A stretch of 62,684 bases of DNA from assembly GCA_025923995.1 (NCBI GenBank), contig JAICEW010000002.1:1-62684 (forward strand), in the 5' to 3' direction. This document shows positions 40,485 to 49,796 of the stretch, piece by piece. Made by a program: the position numbers and the translations under genes. The stretch comes from Vicinamibacteria bacterium. GTDB lineage: Bacteria; Acidobacteriota; Vicinamibacteria; Fen-336. How positions within the stretch are numbered: position 1 is the first letter of the stretch; each line of letters starts with the position of its first letter. Under the pieces are notes generated by a model. That model worked only from the letters and a program-made list of their open reading frames with translations, searched no databases and was not told the DNA's origin.

Positions 40485-42305
40485 ATGCGGGCTCCGACGA
40501 TCAAGCGCTTGGACGAGGGCCTGCCCGCGGGCACGCGGCTCGGCCCCTACGAGGTGGTGGGCCCGCTCGGCGCCGGCGGCATGGCGCGCGTCTATCGGGC
40601 CTTCGACCGGCGGCTGCGCCGCGAGGTCGCGATCAAGACGCTGGACGAGGAGTCCGCGGCCGATCCCCGCTGCCGGCGGCGGTTCGACCGTGAAGCGCTG
40701 GCGGCCGGCGTCGTCAACCATCCGCACGTGCTCATGGTCCTCGACGTCGGCGAGTGGCAGGGCCGGCCCTTCCTCGTGACGGAGCTGCTCGAGGGCTCGC
40801 CGCTGCGCGCGCTCCTGCGACCGGGCCTGCTCTCCGTCCGTCAGTCCGTCGACTACGCGGTGCAGCTCTGCCGCGGGCTGCAGGCGATCCACGAGCGCGG
40901 CATCGTCCATCACGACCTGAAGCCCGAGAACGTCTTCGTCACGGCCGACGGATGGGTCAAGGTCCTCGACCTGGGCCTGGCGGGGCCGCAGCCCGGCGAG
41001 GACGCGGAGTGGCTCCACACCACCGAGGAAGGCGCCCCCGGCGGGACCACCGCGTACATGGCTCCCGAGCACGTGCGGCGGCAGCCCACGGACGCGCGCG
41101 CGGACCTGTTCGCGGTGGGCGTGATCCTCTACGAGATGCTGGGCCGCCGGCGGCCGTTCGCCGAGGAGACCGCGGCCGAGACCATGACCGCGATCCTCAG
41201 GCGCGAGCCGACGCCGCTCCGCCAGCTCGATCCCACCCTTCCCTCCGGCCTCGTGCGCGTGGTCGACCGCTGCCTGCGCAAGCGCCCGGAGGACCGGTTC
41301 CATTCCGCGCACGATCTCGCGCTGGCGCTCGAGGCCGCGCTCCTGGACGCGCCGACCGAGGCCTCTCGTCCCCTCGCTCCCCCCACGCCTGCGGCCGGCA
41401 TGCGCCGGCGGCGCCTGGCCGCCGCGAGCCTGGCGGCGGGCCTCGCCCTCGTCGTCGCGGCCAACGTCTGGCGGCCGAAAGGCGGCTTCGAGTCCAAGCA
41501 GGCGACGGTGCTCGCGGGGATCGAGAACCCGGCGCTGGTGCGCTACGACGGCTCGCGGCGCCGCTTCACGCCGTTCCTGTCGGGCGCGATCGACGGCATC
41601 GACACCTCGAGGGACGGCCGCTCCATCGCCTACACCACCTACGCGACCGGCGAGCTGTGGCGCGCGAACGTGGACGGCAGCCAGCCGCGGCGCCTGACCT
41701 CGGCGCCGCTGCGCGTCGCACTCCCGCGCTGGTCCCCGGACGGGACGCGCATCGTCTTCGCGGGCCACGCGCCGGACCGGCCCTGGCAGATCCACATCGT
41801 GCCCGCGGACGGAGGGGACATCGAGGTGCTCGCGCCGCAGCACGTCACGGACCCCGGATGGAGGCCCGACGGCCGCGCGATCGTGATGGGCACGCTGTCG
41901 GACACGCCCGGGCCGATCTTCGAGTGGAACCTCGAGCACCACCGGCAGACGATCGTGCCGGGCTCGCACGGGCTCTTCTCTCCGCGTCCGTCTCCCGACG
42001 GCCGCTACCTGGCCGCTCTCGACGTGAAGACGTGGCAGATCGCGATCCGCGACCAGGCCACGGGGACCTGGTCGAGGCATGGGCCGGCCGGCGTCGGCTA
42101 CCCGGCCTGGACGCGCGACAGCGGGTGGCTCCACTTCAGGCGCGACGCGTCGTTCGGCCGCATCGATCCCGCGACCGGCCGCGAGGAGTCGATCGCCACC
42201 CTGGAGGGCGCGGTGCCGGTCGGCGGCGAGTTCGGCTCGTGGAGCGGTCTCACGCCGGACGGATCCCCCGTGGTCCTCGCCACCCGCGATCCCTTCAGCG
42301 ACTGA
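40485..42305 (+). CDS. Ser/Thr protein kinase + TM + PD40/TolB-like propeller
   Basis: LGAGGM..VY, VAIK, HHDLKPEN, DLG, YMAPE; WSPDG/PSPDG repeats. Confidence 0.9.
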   Translation: MRAPTIKRLDEGLPAGTRLGPYEVVGPLGAGGMARVYRAFDRRLRREVAIKTLDEESAADPRCRRRFDREALAAGVVNHPHVLMVLDVGEWQGRPFLVTELLEGSPLRALLRPGLLSVRQSVDYAVQLCRGLQAIHERGIVHHDLKPENVFVTADGWVKVLDLGLAGPQPGEDAEWLHTTEEGAPGGTTAYMAPEHVRRQPTDARADLFAVGVILYEMLGRRRPFAEETAAETMTAILRREPTPLRQLDPTLPSGLVRVVDRCLRKRPEDRFHSAHDLALALEAALLDAPTEASRPLAPPTPAAGMRRRRLAAASLAAGLALVVAANVWRPKGGFESKQATVLAGIENPALVRYDGSRRRFTPFLSGAIDGIDTSRDGRSIAYTTYATGELWRANVDGSQPRRLTSAPLRVALPRWSPDGTRIVFAGHAPDRPWQIHIVPADGGDIEVLAPQHVTDPGWRPDGRAIVMGTLSDTPGPIFEWNLEHHRQTIVPGSHGLFSPRPSPDGRYLAALDVKTWQIAIRDQATGTWSRHGPAGVGYPAWTRDSGWLHFRRDASFGRIDPATGREESIATLEGAVPVGGEFGSWSGLTPDGSPVVLATRDPFSD

Positions 42306-42948
42306 AGGGACGGGGCGACGCCGTATGCGTCGACTCCATCGTTGCCGACGAGCGGAAGACGAAGCGGTCCGAGCCGATCAGCACCTCGTCGCCCTCCGCC
42401 AGGGCCACGGGCTCCGCGATCCGCGCGCCGTTGACCCAGGTGCCGTTCTTGCTGTCGCGGTCGCGCACGACGGCGCCGCGGTCGTCCACCTGCAGGCTCG
42501 CGTGGATGCGTGAGACGCCGGACGAGGGCAGCCGGAGCGCGCACTCCGGCCCGCGCCCGATCAGCACTTCGCCCGCCGGGATCGCGAACTCCCAGCCGTC
42601 GGCCACCAGCAGGAAGCGCGACGGGCCGGAGGCCGCTCCCTCGACGATCACGGTCCCCGCGAACGCGTAGCCGAAGCGCGGGACCGTCCGGATGAGCGAG
42701 CCGTCCTCGGCCGTCTCGCCGAGAGCCTTGCGCACCTCGCTGACGACGCGCGCGAGGCTCGTGTAGCCCACGTGCGCTTCGGGCCAGAGCACGTCGCGCA
42801 GGTCCTCCTGGGTCACCGCCGCCGGCCGTCGCGTGAGCAGCAGGACGAGGAGCTCGATGCCCTTCGGCGACAGCTCGACCGGACGGCCGCCGCGCCGCAG
42901 CTCGCGCGCGTCGGTGTCCAGGACGCAGTCTCCGAACCGGGCGCGCAT
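42295..42948 (-). CDS. Winged-helix (OmpR/CadC type) DNA-binding + FHA domain regulator
   Basis: RFGDCVLD...REL, IRTVPRFGYAF; IGRG, VSRIHA, SKNGTWVNG. Confidence 0.9.
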   Translation of the reverse strand: MRARFGDCVLDTDARELRRGGRPVELSPKGIELLVLLLTRRPAAVTQEDLRDVLWPEAHVGYTSLARVVSEVRKALGETAEDGSLIRTVPRFGYAFAGTVIVEGAASGPSRFLLVADGWEFAIPAGEVLIGRGPECALRLPSSGVSRIHASLQVDDRGAVVRDRDSKNGTWVNGARIAEPVALAEGDEVLIGSDRFVFRSSATMESTHTASPRPFSR

Positions 42949-43097
42949 GCCGATGAGACGCTCCCCGGCACGCCGTTGTTTCAAGACTTCGTCAACCCTC
43001 GCGAAACAGGGCGGGCCGTGCGCCGGCGATATTGGGAAGCGATCGAGCCGGCGCCGACGAGCGCCGCCTGGCCAGGCGGCTCCGAAAGGAGTCGCCC

Positions 43098-43625
43098 ATG
43101 TCGCAGACGTCGAGGTTCCGCGCGCTGGTCGCGCTGTCGGCCGCCCTGGCGCTCGAGGCGCCTGGCGCTCTCGCCGGACCGCGCCCCGTCGTGCCGTCGT
43201 TGCGTGTCGCCCTGCCCAGCCACGCCGGCACCGCGGTCCGGCGTGCCGTCCTGTCGGCGCGCCGCCGCCTGGCCGAGCAGCCCTGCCGCTCGGTCCTCTC
43301 CGACTTCTCCGCGGACGGAGGCCGCTCGCTCGACCGCGTCCTGGGCGACCTGGGGCGGTCGCCCGAGGCCCACCTGGACTCCCTCGTGTTCCGCGACGGG
43401 TCCACGCGTCCGCGCTGCGCGTCCCAGGCGATCCTCGCCTTCACGCACGTCGGGGGGGACACCGTCTACGTCTGCGCCGGCCAGTTCACCCGGATGGCCG
43501 AGCGGGACCCGGTGTCCGCAGACCTCGTGCTCATCCACGAGGCGCTGCACACGCTCGGGCTGCGCGAGAACCCGCCCACGAGCGGCGAGATCAACGCCCG
43601 CGTCGCGGAGCGCTGCCGCGGCTAG
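43098..43625 (+). CDS. Secreted hypothetical protein with HExxH zinc-binding motif
   Basis: AAAGGAG SD, signal peptide, LIHEALHTLGL. Confidence 0.75.
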   Translation: MSQTSRFRALVALSAALALEAPGALAGPRPVVPSLRVALPSHAGTAVRRAVLSARRRLAEQPCRSVLSDFSADGGRSLDRVLGDLGRSPEAHLDSLVFRDGSTRPRCASQAILAFTHVGGDTVYVCAGQFTRMAERDPVSADLVLIHEALHTLGLRENPPTSGEINARVAERCRG

Positions 43626-44218
43626 GCGAGCGTCTCGAGATACCGCCGGAGGCGCGCGAACGCCTTGCCCCGGTGGCTCACGCGGTCCTTCTCCTCGTGC
43701 GGCACCTCGCCGAACGTGCGGCCGAACGGCGGGTAGAAGAACAGCGGGTCGTAGCCGAAGCCGTTGGGTCCGCGCAGCGCGTCGGCGATGCGGCCCTCGA
43801 CCGACTCCTCGGCCTGGAACAGGATCGCGCCGTCCTTCGCCACGGCGACGGCGCTGGTGAAACGCGCGCCGCGCTGCGCCTCGGGCACGCCGGAGAGCCG
43901 CTCCAGCAGCAGCCGGTTGCGCTCGGCGTCGGTCGCCCCCTCGCCGCCGAAGCGGCTCGAGTAGAGCCCCGGTCCCCCGCCCAGCGCGTCGACCGACAGC
44001 CCCGAGTCGTCCGCCACCGTCAGGCGTCCCGAGCGCGACGCGTAGTGCCGCGCCTTCAGGATCGCGTTCTCCATGAAGGTCGTGCCGGTCTCCTCGGGCG
44101 CGTCCCCGATCCCGACGTCGCGCGGGCCGAGCACGCGGAACGGCAGCTCCGCGACCAGCACGCGCATCTCCGCCAGCTTCCCGGGGTTCTGCGTGGCCAG
44201 GAGCAGCTCGGTGGGCAC
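43622..44218 (-). CDS. rdgB: Non-canonical purine NTP pyrophosphatase (RdgB/HAM1)
   Basis: ATQNPGKLAE, ADDSGLSVDALGGGPGLYSSRF, GFGYDPLF, KDRVSHRG. Confidence 0.96.
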   Translation of the reverse strand: MPTELLLATQNPGKLAEMRVLVAELPFRVLGPRDVGIGDAPEETGTTFMENAILKARHYASRSGRLTVADDSGLSVDALGGGPGLYSSRFGGEGATDAERNRLLLERLSGVPEAQRGARFTSAVAVAKDGAILFQAEESVEGRIADALRGPNGFGYDPLFFYPPFGRTFGEVPHEEKDRVSHRGKAFARLRRYLETLA

Positions 44219-44251
44219 CGTCCGCGATGATACGCGATAGAATCGCGCCGA

Positions 44252-44328
44252 CGGGGCGTGGCGCAGCCTGGTGGCGCGCGTGGTTTGGGACCACGAGGTC
44301 GCAGGTTCGAATCCTGCCGCCCCGACCA
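44252..44328 (+). tRNA. tRNA-Pro(UGG)
   Basis: 77-nt cloverleaf, anticodon stem CGTGG/CCACG, TGG anticodon, encoded CCA. Confidence 0.95.
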
Positions 44329-44348
44329 ACTTCGCCCGAGGACTCCCC

Positions 44349-46460
44349 CTGAGCCTGGAACCCAGACGCTTCGCGATCGCCGCCGGTGCGCTCGTCCTGG
44401 CCTGCGTGCTCGTCTACGCGCGCTCCTTCGGCGGCCCGTTCGTCTTCGACGACCTCGCGAGCATCCCCGACAACCCGAACATCCGGCAGCTCTGGCCGAT
44501 CACGGTGCCGCTGTCGCCGCCGCCGGAGCTGGGCGCCCTGGGCGGGCGGCCGCTGGTCAGCCTCTCGTTCGCGGTCAACTACGCCCTGGGCGGCCTGGAC
44601 GTGCGCGGGTACCACGCGGTGAACCTCGCGCTGCACGTCATCTCGACGCTGCTGCTCTGGCGCATCGCCGCGCGCACGCTGGCGAGCCCCGCGCTGGGCG
44701 GCCGCTTCGGCGGCGAGGGCGCCGCGTTCGCGATCGCGCTTCTGTGGTGCGTCCATCCGCTGCTGACCGAGGCCGTGACGTACCTCGTGCAGCGCACCGA
44801 GCTGATGATGGGCGCCTTCTACCTGGCGACGCTCTACGCCTCGCTGCGCGCCTGGACGGCGGCCCAGCCGGTCCGCTGGCAGGCGGCGGCGGTCGCGGCC
44901 TGCGCGCTGGGGATGGCGTGCAAGGAGCCGATGGTCTCGGCCCCGATCATGGTCGTCCTGCACGACCTGGCCTTCCGCGGCCGGCCTGTCCGCGAGGTCC
45001 TGCGCGAGCGGAGCCGCTTCTACCTCGCCCTGGCGGCGTCATGGGTGGTCCTCGTCGCCATCCTGCTGGGCGGCGCGCAGGTGAAGGGCGCGCTGGGCGG
45101 GCTCGGGAAGATCAGGTCCTTCGAGTACCTCCGCATCCAGGCGCGCGCGATCGTGCACTACCTCCGCCTGGCCTTCTTTCCGTACCCGCTGACGATCGCG
45201 TACGACTGGAGCATCCCGACGGTCCTGGCGGCCCTGCCCTACGGGCTGGTGGTGCTCGCGCTGATCGCGGCGTCCGTGTGGGCGGTGCGGGCGGGACGCC
45301 CCTGGCTCGGCTTCCTGGGCGCGTGGTTCTTCCTGATCCTGGCCCCCACCTCCAGCGTGCTGCCTCTGCACACCGAGCCGGTCGCGGAGCGCCGGATGTA
45401 CCTGCCGCTCGCGGCGGTGGTGGCCCTGGCGGTCGTGTGCGTGCGCGGCCTGCTGGTGCGCGCGGCGCCCGAGCGCGTGCGCATCGCCGGACCGGTCCTC
45501 GCCGGCCTCGTCGCGGCCGCCCTGGGCGCGGCGGCTTTCGTGCGCGTCCTGGACTACCGCACGGTCCTCACCATCTGGGAGGACGCGCTGCGCAAGTCGC
45601 CGCGCAGCACGACCGTGCGCAACAACCTCGGCAACGCGTACGCCTTCGCGGGCCAGCTGGACAAGGCGATGGAGATGTACGAGGAGGCGGCCCGCCTCAA
45701 CCCCAACCACCCGCTCGCGTTCTACAACATGGGCTTCACGCTCGTGCACCAGAACAAGAACGCCGAGGCGGTGGCGCCGCTGCAGGAGGCCATCCGCATC
45801 CGCCAGAACGACGGTGACTCGCAGTACATCCTCGGCCGAGCGCTCGCCAACTCGGGCCGGCCGGCGGAGGGGCTGCCGCACTTCGAGATCGCGCTCCAGA
45901 TCAAGCCGGGCGACGCCGAGTGCCGGCGCGACTACGCGTCGGCGCTGCTCGCGGTCGGGCGCTTCCCCGACGCCGCGCACCACTTCCGCGAGGCCCTCAA
46001 GACGCGCCCGGACGACCAGGGCGCGCACAGCCGGCTCGGCAACGCGCTCGCCAACATGAACCAGACCGAGCCGGCCATCGCGAGCTACGAGCAGGCGCTG
46101 CGGCTGTCACCGAAGGACGCGCGGACGCGCAACAACCTCGCGTCCGTGCAGGTCCGCACGGGGAAGGTGGCCGAGGCGATCGAGAACCTGCGCCGCTCCA
46201 TCGCCGACGACCCGACCTACGCGCTGCCGCACTACAACCTCGCGAACATCCTGACCAAGGACGGGCACGTGACCGACGGAGCGCGCGAGTACCTGGAGAC
46301 CATCCGCCTGGCCGGCAGCGACGACCGCCTGCGCCGGATGGCCTTCGACCACCTGCGCGAGCTGCGCGGCAACGGCCAGGCTCAGGCGGTGCTGATGCAG
46401 GCCCGCAGCGACAAGGACGCGGCCGTGCGGGGCGCCGCGGCCGCGGCGCTCGGCTCCTGA
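44349..46460 (+). CDS. TMTC-like membrane protein (putative GT-C glycosyltransferase) with TPR tail; start uncertain
   Basis: FVFDD...DNP, RPL..S, YHAVNLALH, HPLLTEAV, CKE, VAERRMYLP, then TPR repeats; GAGGA then CTG 44349. Confidence 0.85.
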   Translation: MSLEPRRFAIAAGALVLACVLVYARSFGGPFVFDDLASIPDNPNIRQLWPITVPLSPPPELGALGGRPLVSLSFAVNYALGGLDVRGYHAVNLALHVISTLLLWRIAARTLASPALGGRFGGEGAAFAIALLWCVHPLLTEAVTYLVQRTELMMGAFYLATLYASLRAWTAAQPVRWQAAAVAACALGMACKEPMVSAPIMVVLHDLAFRGRPVREVLRERSRFYLALAASWVVLVAILLGGAQVKGALGGLGKIRSFEYLRIQARAIVHYLRLAFFPYPLTIAYDWSIPTVLAALPYGLVVLALIAASVWAVRAGRPWLGFLGAWFFLILAPTSSVLPLHTEPVAERRMYLPLAAVVALAVVCVRGLLVRAAPERVRIAGPVLAGLVAAALGAAAFVRVLDYRTVLTIWEDALRKSPRSTTVRNNLGNAYAFAGQLDKAMEMYEEAARLNPNHPLAFYNMGFTLVHQNKNAEAVAPLQEAIRIRQNDGDSQYILGRALANSGRPAEGLPHFEIALQIKPGDAECRRDYASALLAVGRFPDAAHHFREALKTRPDDQGAHSRLGNALANMNQTEPAIASYEQALRLSPKDARTRNNLASVQVRTGKVAEAIENLRRSIADDPTYALPHYNLANILTKDGHVTDGAREYLETIRLAGSDDRLRRMAFDHLRELRGNGQAQAVLMQARSDKDAAVRGAAAAALGS

Positions 46461-46483
46461 CGCGTGTTATACTTCGGCGTTTG

Positions 46484-46560
46484 GCGCCTGTAGCTCAGTT
46501 GGACAGAGCGGCAGCCTTCTAAGCTGCGGGTCAGGGGTTCGAATCCCTTCAGGCGCGCCA
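46484..46560 (+). tRNA. tRNA-Arg(UCU)
   Basis: 77-nt cloverleaf, stem GCAGC/GCTGC, anticodon TCT, CCA. Confidence 0.95.
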
Positions 46561-46572
46561 AAAGCACCCGGT

Positions 46573-46651
46573 GGTGGCTGTAGCTCAGCTTGGTTAGAGC
46601 GCCAGGTTGTGGCCCTGGAGGTCGCGGGTTCGAATCCCGTCAGCCACCCCA
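46573..46651 (+). tRNA. tRNA-His(GUG) with encoded G-1
   Basis: Stem CCAGG/CCTGG, anticodon GTG, discriminator C, CCA. Confidence 0.95.
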
Positions 46652-46668
46652 ATCCACGAATCAGGAAA

Positions 46669-47703
46669 TCAGCGGCTGGCCGTCGGCTCCGTGCGCTTCG
46701 CGCGGAAGCGGTTCAGGTCCGGCGTGCCGCCGGCGCGGATCTCCGCGATCCACTCACCGAGCTGGTCGTCCGTCTTCTTCCAGAACCGCCGGCACATCTC
46801 GAGGTACTGGATCACCGTCTCGCGCTCGCCTTTCGCGAGCAGGTCCTTCGCGAGCGTCAGCTCGGGACCGAACGAGTTGAGCACCGGCGAGCCCGACGTG
46901 GCACCGGCCTTGAGCAGGAACTCCTTGGCGCCCTCGACGTCGCCGGAGCGGAGGGCCAGGTGGCCCAGGATGCGGTTGCCCTCGTGGACGGCGTTGCCCC
47001 GGTTCCATTCTCCCTGCGGCCGCTCGCTCAGGGCCAGCAGCTCCTCCGCGTACGCGCGCGCCTTGGCGTCCTGGCCCGCCTGCAGCGCGGTCTCGGCGAG
47101 CCCCTGGAGCGCGTAGGATCTGCCGTCTTCCTCTGTGTCGACCAGCGCCGACTCCCGCAGTTCCAGCGCGTCGCCGGCGCGCTCGCCCGCGACGGACTCG
47201 CTGAGCGTCAGCAGGTGCGCGAGGTTCTCCTTCCAGCGCGGCTGCGTCGGCTCGAGCTGCATGCCTCGCTTGAGGAGCTCGGCGGCCCGCTCCTTGTCAT
47301 GGATGAAGAAGTACTGCGCGGCGTTCCAGAGCACGTCGGCCGCGACCGGCTCCTTCGCGACATGCGAGAGCCAGAGGTCCTGGCCCTTCGGGTAGGTGTC
47401 CCGGTCCAGGATCCGATCGAGCTGGGCGTAGGGCAGGCCCGCGATCGGCGCCTCCGGGGCCTTGGCGATGACCCAGAGCGCGTGGCGCGCGCGGGCGGCT
47501 CGCGCCTCCGGCGATCTCTCGAGGAGATACGCCTCGAGGGCGCGCGCCCGCAGCGCGACGTCGTTCGGCGCCGCGGCGACCTGCTTCTCCAGCTCCGCCA
47601 GGGATGGTTTGGGCTCGCCGGCGAGGGCGTCGCCGGATCCGCTCGCGAACCTCGAGGCGGCGACGGCTGCGACGAAGACCCTCAGGAAGGTTCGTCCACC
47701 CAC
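46669..47703 (-). CDS. Exported TPR-like helical repeat protein
   Basis: Signal peptide, TPR-like helices, WNRGNAVH, SGSPVLNSFGPELTLAKDLL. Confidence 0.75.
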   Translation of the reverse strand: MGGRTFLRVFVAAVAASRFASGSGDALAGEPKPSLAELEKQVAAAPNDVALRARALEAYLLERSPEARAARARHALWVIAKAPEAPIAGLPYAQLDRILDRDTYPKGQDLWLSHVAKEPVAADVLWNAAQYFFIHDKERAAELLKRGMQLEPTQPRWKENLAHLLTLSESVAGERAGDALELRESALVDTEEDGRSYALQGLAETALQAGQDAKARAYAEELLALSERPQGEWNRGNAVHEGNRILGHLALRSGDVEGAKEFLLKAGATSGSPVLNSFGPELTLAKDLLAKGERETVIQYLEMCRRFWKKTDDQLGEWIAEIRAGGTPDLNRFRAKRTEPTASR

Positions 47704-47786
47704 GCGTTCACCGCCTTTCCGTCGGCGCCGCCGACGCCCTCAGAGTACTAGGACGGACGGCGAGGGGCAAGGGTCGGACGGAACCG

Positions 47787-48179
47787 TCAGGGGTGCGCCT
47801 GGAGCACGCGCTGGACCTGCCTCGCGACCGCGTCGGCGGTCACGGGCTTGACGAGGTGCGCCCGGAACCCCGCCGCGAACGTCCTCATCAGCGCGTTGTC
47901 GGAGGCCGATCCGGTCAGGGCGATCACCGGGATGTGCCCGAGCCCGCGTTCCTGAAGCCCCTGGACGAAGGCGCAGCCGTCCATTCGCGGCATGTGGAGG
48001 TCGCAGACGATGACGTCGGCGGCCGGGTCGGCCTTGAGGATCGCGATGCCGTCGAGCGCGCTGCTGGCGGTCCGGACGACGCCGCCGAGGCGCGAGAGCC
48101 AGAACTGGAGCAGGTCCCGCGTGTCCTCGTGATCCTCGACCACCAGGACGCGCACGCCCGTCAGGTCGATCTTCTCCAT
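47787..48179 (-). CDS. Single-domain response regulator (CheY-like)
   Basis: VLVVEDH, DVIVCDLHMPRMDG, IALTG, LVKP. Confidence 0.93.
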   Translation of the reverse strand: MEKIDLTGVRVLVVEDHEDTRDLLQFWLSRLGGVVRTASSALDGIAILKADPAADVIVCDLHMPRMDGCAFVQGLQERGLGHIPVIALTGSASDNALMRTFAAGFRAHLVKPVTADAVARQVQRVLQAHP

Positions 48180-48185
48180 GGCCCG

Positions 48186-48395
48186 TCAGTTCGCCGGACG
48201 CTTGTCGACGGGCCAGCGCTTCGTGTGGGGACCGAGCAGCGACGTCCGGTTGATCTCGGCCTCCGAGTGCTGCGGCGCGTAGCCGTATTCCTCCCAGCAG
48301 GCCCGGCAGAGCGGGCAGGAGTCGATCTCGCAGCGGGCGATCTCGTCCTCGCCGATGAGATACGCGCCGCAGCCCCGACAGGCCCAGGGGGACAT
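48186..48395 (-). CDS. Small Cys-rich hypothetical protein (putative Zn finger)
   Basis: CRGC, C-x4-C, CRAC in about 69 aa; stop 6 nt before the receiver gene. Confidence 0.5.
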   Translation of the reverse strand: MSPWACRGCGAYLIGEDEIARCEIDSCPLCRACWEEYGYAPQHSEAEINRTSLLGPHTKRWPVDKRPAN

Positions 48396-48467
48396 GGAGC
48401 TGATGGTGGCACGCACGGCGGCGCCCCGGCCGTGAGGCGCGATCTTTTTTCCGCTCCCTTCGCCGCC

Positions 48468-48734
48468 TCAGGCCAGGTCGGCCTGGGCGGCTTGCAGCAC
48501 CGAGAACGACCCGGCCGCGGCGGTCCGCCGGCCGGCGATCAGGTCGGCCAGCGACCGGTGGTAGACGGCGTAGACGCGGTCGGTCGCCTGGTGCCGCGAC
48601 CGCAACGCGCGGCTCGCGATCTCCAGCGCCTCGTCGAGCTGGTCGATGTCCGCCCGCGTGATCAGCGGTGCGGTGGGGGCGTCCTCGAAGGACGGCGCTC
48701 GCTCGAGCCGTCCGGCTTCCCATGTCTGGCTCAT
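48468..48734 (-). CDS. Small hypothetical protein
   Basis: 88-aa helical-looking ORF with normal composition. Confidence 0.45.
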   Translation of the reverse strand: MSQTWEAGRLERAPSFEDAPTAPLITRADIDQLDEALEIASRALRSRHQATDRVYAVYHRSLADLIAGRRTAAAGSFSVLQAAQADLA

Positions 48735-48925
48735 GGCCTGGCGCTCCTCGCCGGCCGTCCCTGGCCTTCGCGAGCCCCTGGGGACCGACCCCGGGGCTCC
48801 CGGGAGGCCTCTTCGTCTGGCCGGTACGCTCTCTTTCGACGCGCGTCGCGCCCCCCACGGTCGTGAGGATCGTCACCGGTTTTCGCGCGAACGTGCGGGC
48901 CGTCACGCGAACCTATAATCCAGGT

Positions 48926-49588
48926 GTGCCCGAGCGCGTCCCGGACGTCACCCCCGAGCTCGTCCGCGAGGACCTGACGGAGGATCAGCTCCAGGCCTGC
49001 CTGCGGGCGACCGAGGTCGCCGTCGACACGGAGACGCTGGGCCTCCACCCCCAGCGAGACCGCCTGTGCCTGGTGCAGATCTGCGACCGCGCGGGACGCG
49101 TCATGCTGGTGCAGGTCCCGCGCGAGCAGCTCACGCGCCCCGGGCCGACCGCCGCGCGCGCGCCGCGCCTCAAGCGCCTGCTGGAGGAGCGCGCGGTGCT
49201 CAAGGTCCTGCACTTCGCGCGATTCGACCTGGCCGCGCTGCGGCACAACCTCGGCATCGAGGTGGCGCCGATCTACTGCACCCGCACCGCCAGCAAGCTG
49301 ATCCGCACCTACACGGAGCGGCACGGGCTGCGCGACCTCGCCCTCGAGCTGCTCGACATCGAGATGGACAAGTCGGTGCGCCACACCGACTGGGCCAGCC
49401 CCGACCTGAAGCCGGAGCAGGTGCGCTACGCCGCCTCGGACGTGACGCTGCTCCTGGCCCTCATGGACCGGCTGAACGTCATGCTCGAGCGGGAGGAGCG
49501 GCGCGCCCTGGCCGAGGAGTGCTTCGGGTTGATCCCGACGCTCGTGCGGCTGGACCTCCTCGGCTACGAGGACCTCTTCATCCACTGA
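48926..49588 (+). CDS. RNase D-like 3'-5' exonuclease (DEDDy)
   Basis: VAVDTETLGL, RDRLCLVQ, HFARFD, CTRTASK, TDW, YAASDV; TATAAT 6 nt before GTG. Confidence 0.92.
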   Translation: MPERVPDVTPELVREDLTEDQLQACLRATEVAVDTETLGLHPQRDRLCLVQICDRAGRVMLVQVPREQLTRPGPTAARAPRLKRLLEERAVLKVLHFARFDLAALRHNLGIEVAPIYCTRTASKLIRTYTERHGLRDLALELLDIEMDKSVRHTDWASPDLKPEQVRYAASDVTLLLALMDRLNVMLEREERRALAEECFGLIPTLVRLDLLGYEDLFIH

Positions 49589-49596
49589 CCGGCGGG

Positions 49597-49637
49597 AGAA
49601 AGAAGGCCCGCTGCGCCGGAGGGTTGCGCAGCGGGCC
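49597..49637 (-). terminator. Strong intrinsic terminator
   Basis: 12-bp stem GGCCCGCTGCGC/GCGCAGCGGGCC followed by TTCTTTCT on the minus strand. Confidence 0.8.
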
Positions 49638-49713
49638 AGTCCGGCTCGCGTGCTCGCCGTTCTTCGGCGGAACCTACGACCGGCCTGCGGATCGTAGACC
49701 GACGCCGCGACGA
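49597..49713 (-). ncRNA. Candidate small RNA (about 115-120 nt)
   Basis: TTGACA-18-TACGGT promoter, two internal hairpins, terminator; no terminated ORF inside. Confidence 0.5.
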
Positions 49714-49796
49714 CACCTCACCGTACCAACGAATCCCGTAAACTGTCAACGCTTATTGCTCGGACCGACCGCTCGGTCGGCTTTCGGAAACCGTCG

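Noticed and set aside
44271-44348. Listed start of the TPR membrane ORF
   Set aside because: Lies inside tRNA-Pro; true start must be downstream of 44328
49564-49749. 61-aa minus-strand ORF
   Set aside because: Its TTG start is the -35 box itself and it reads through the terminator
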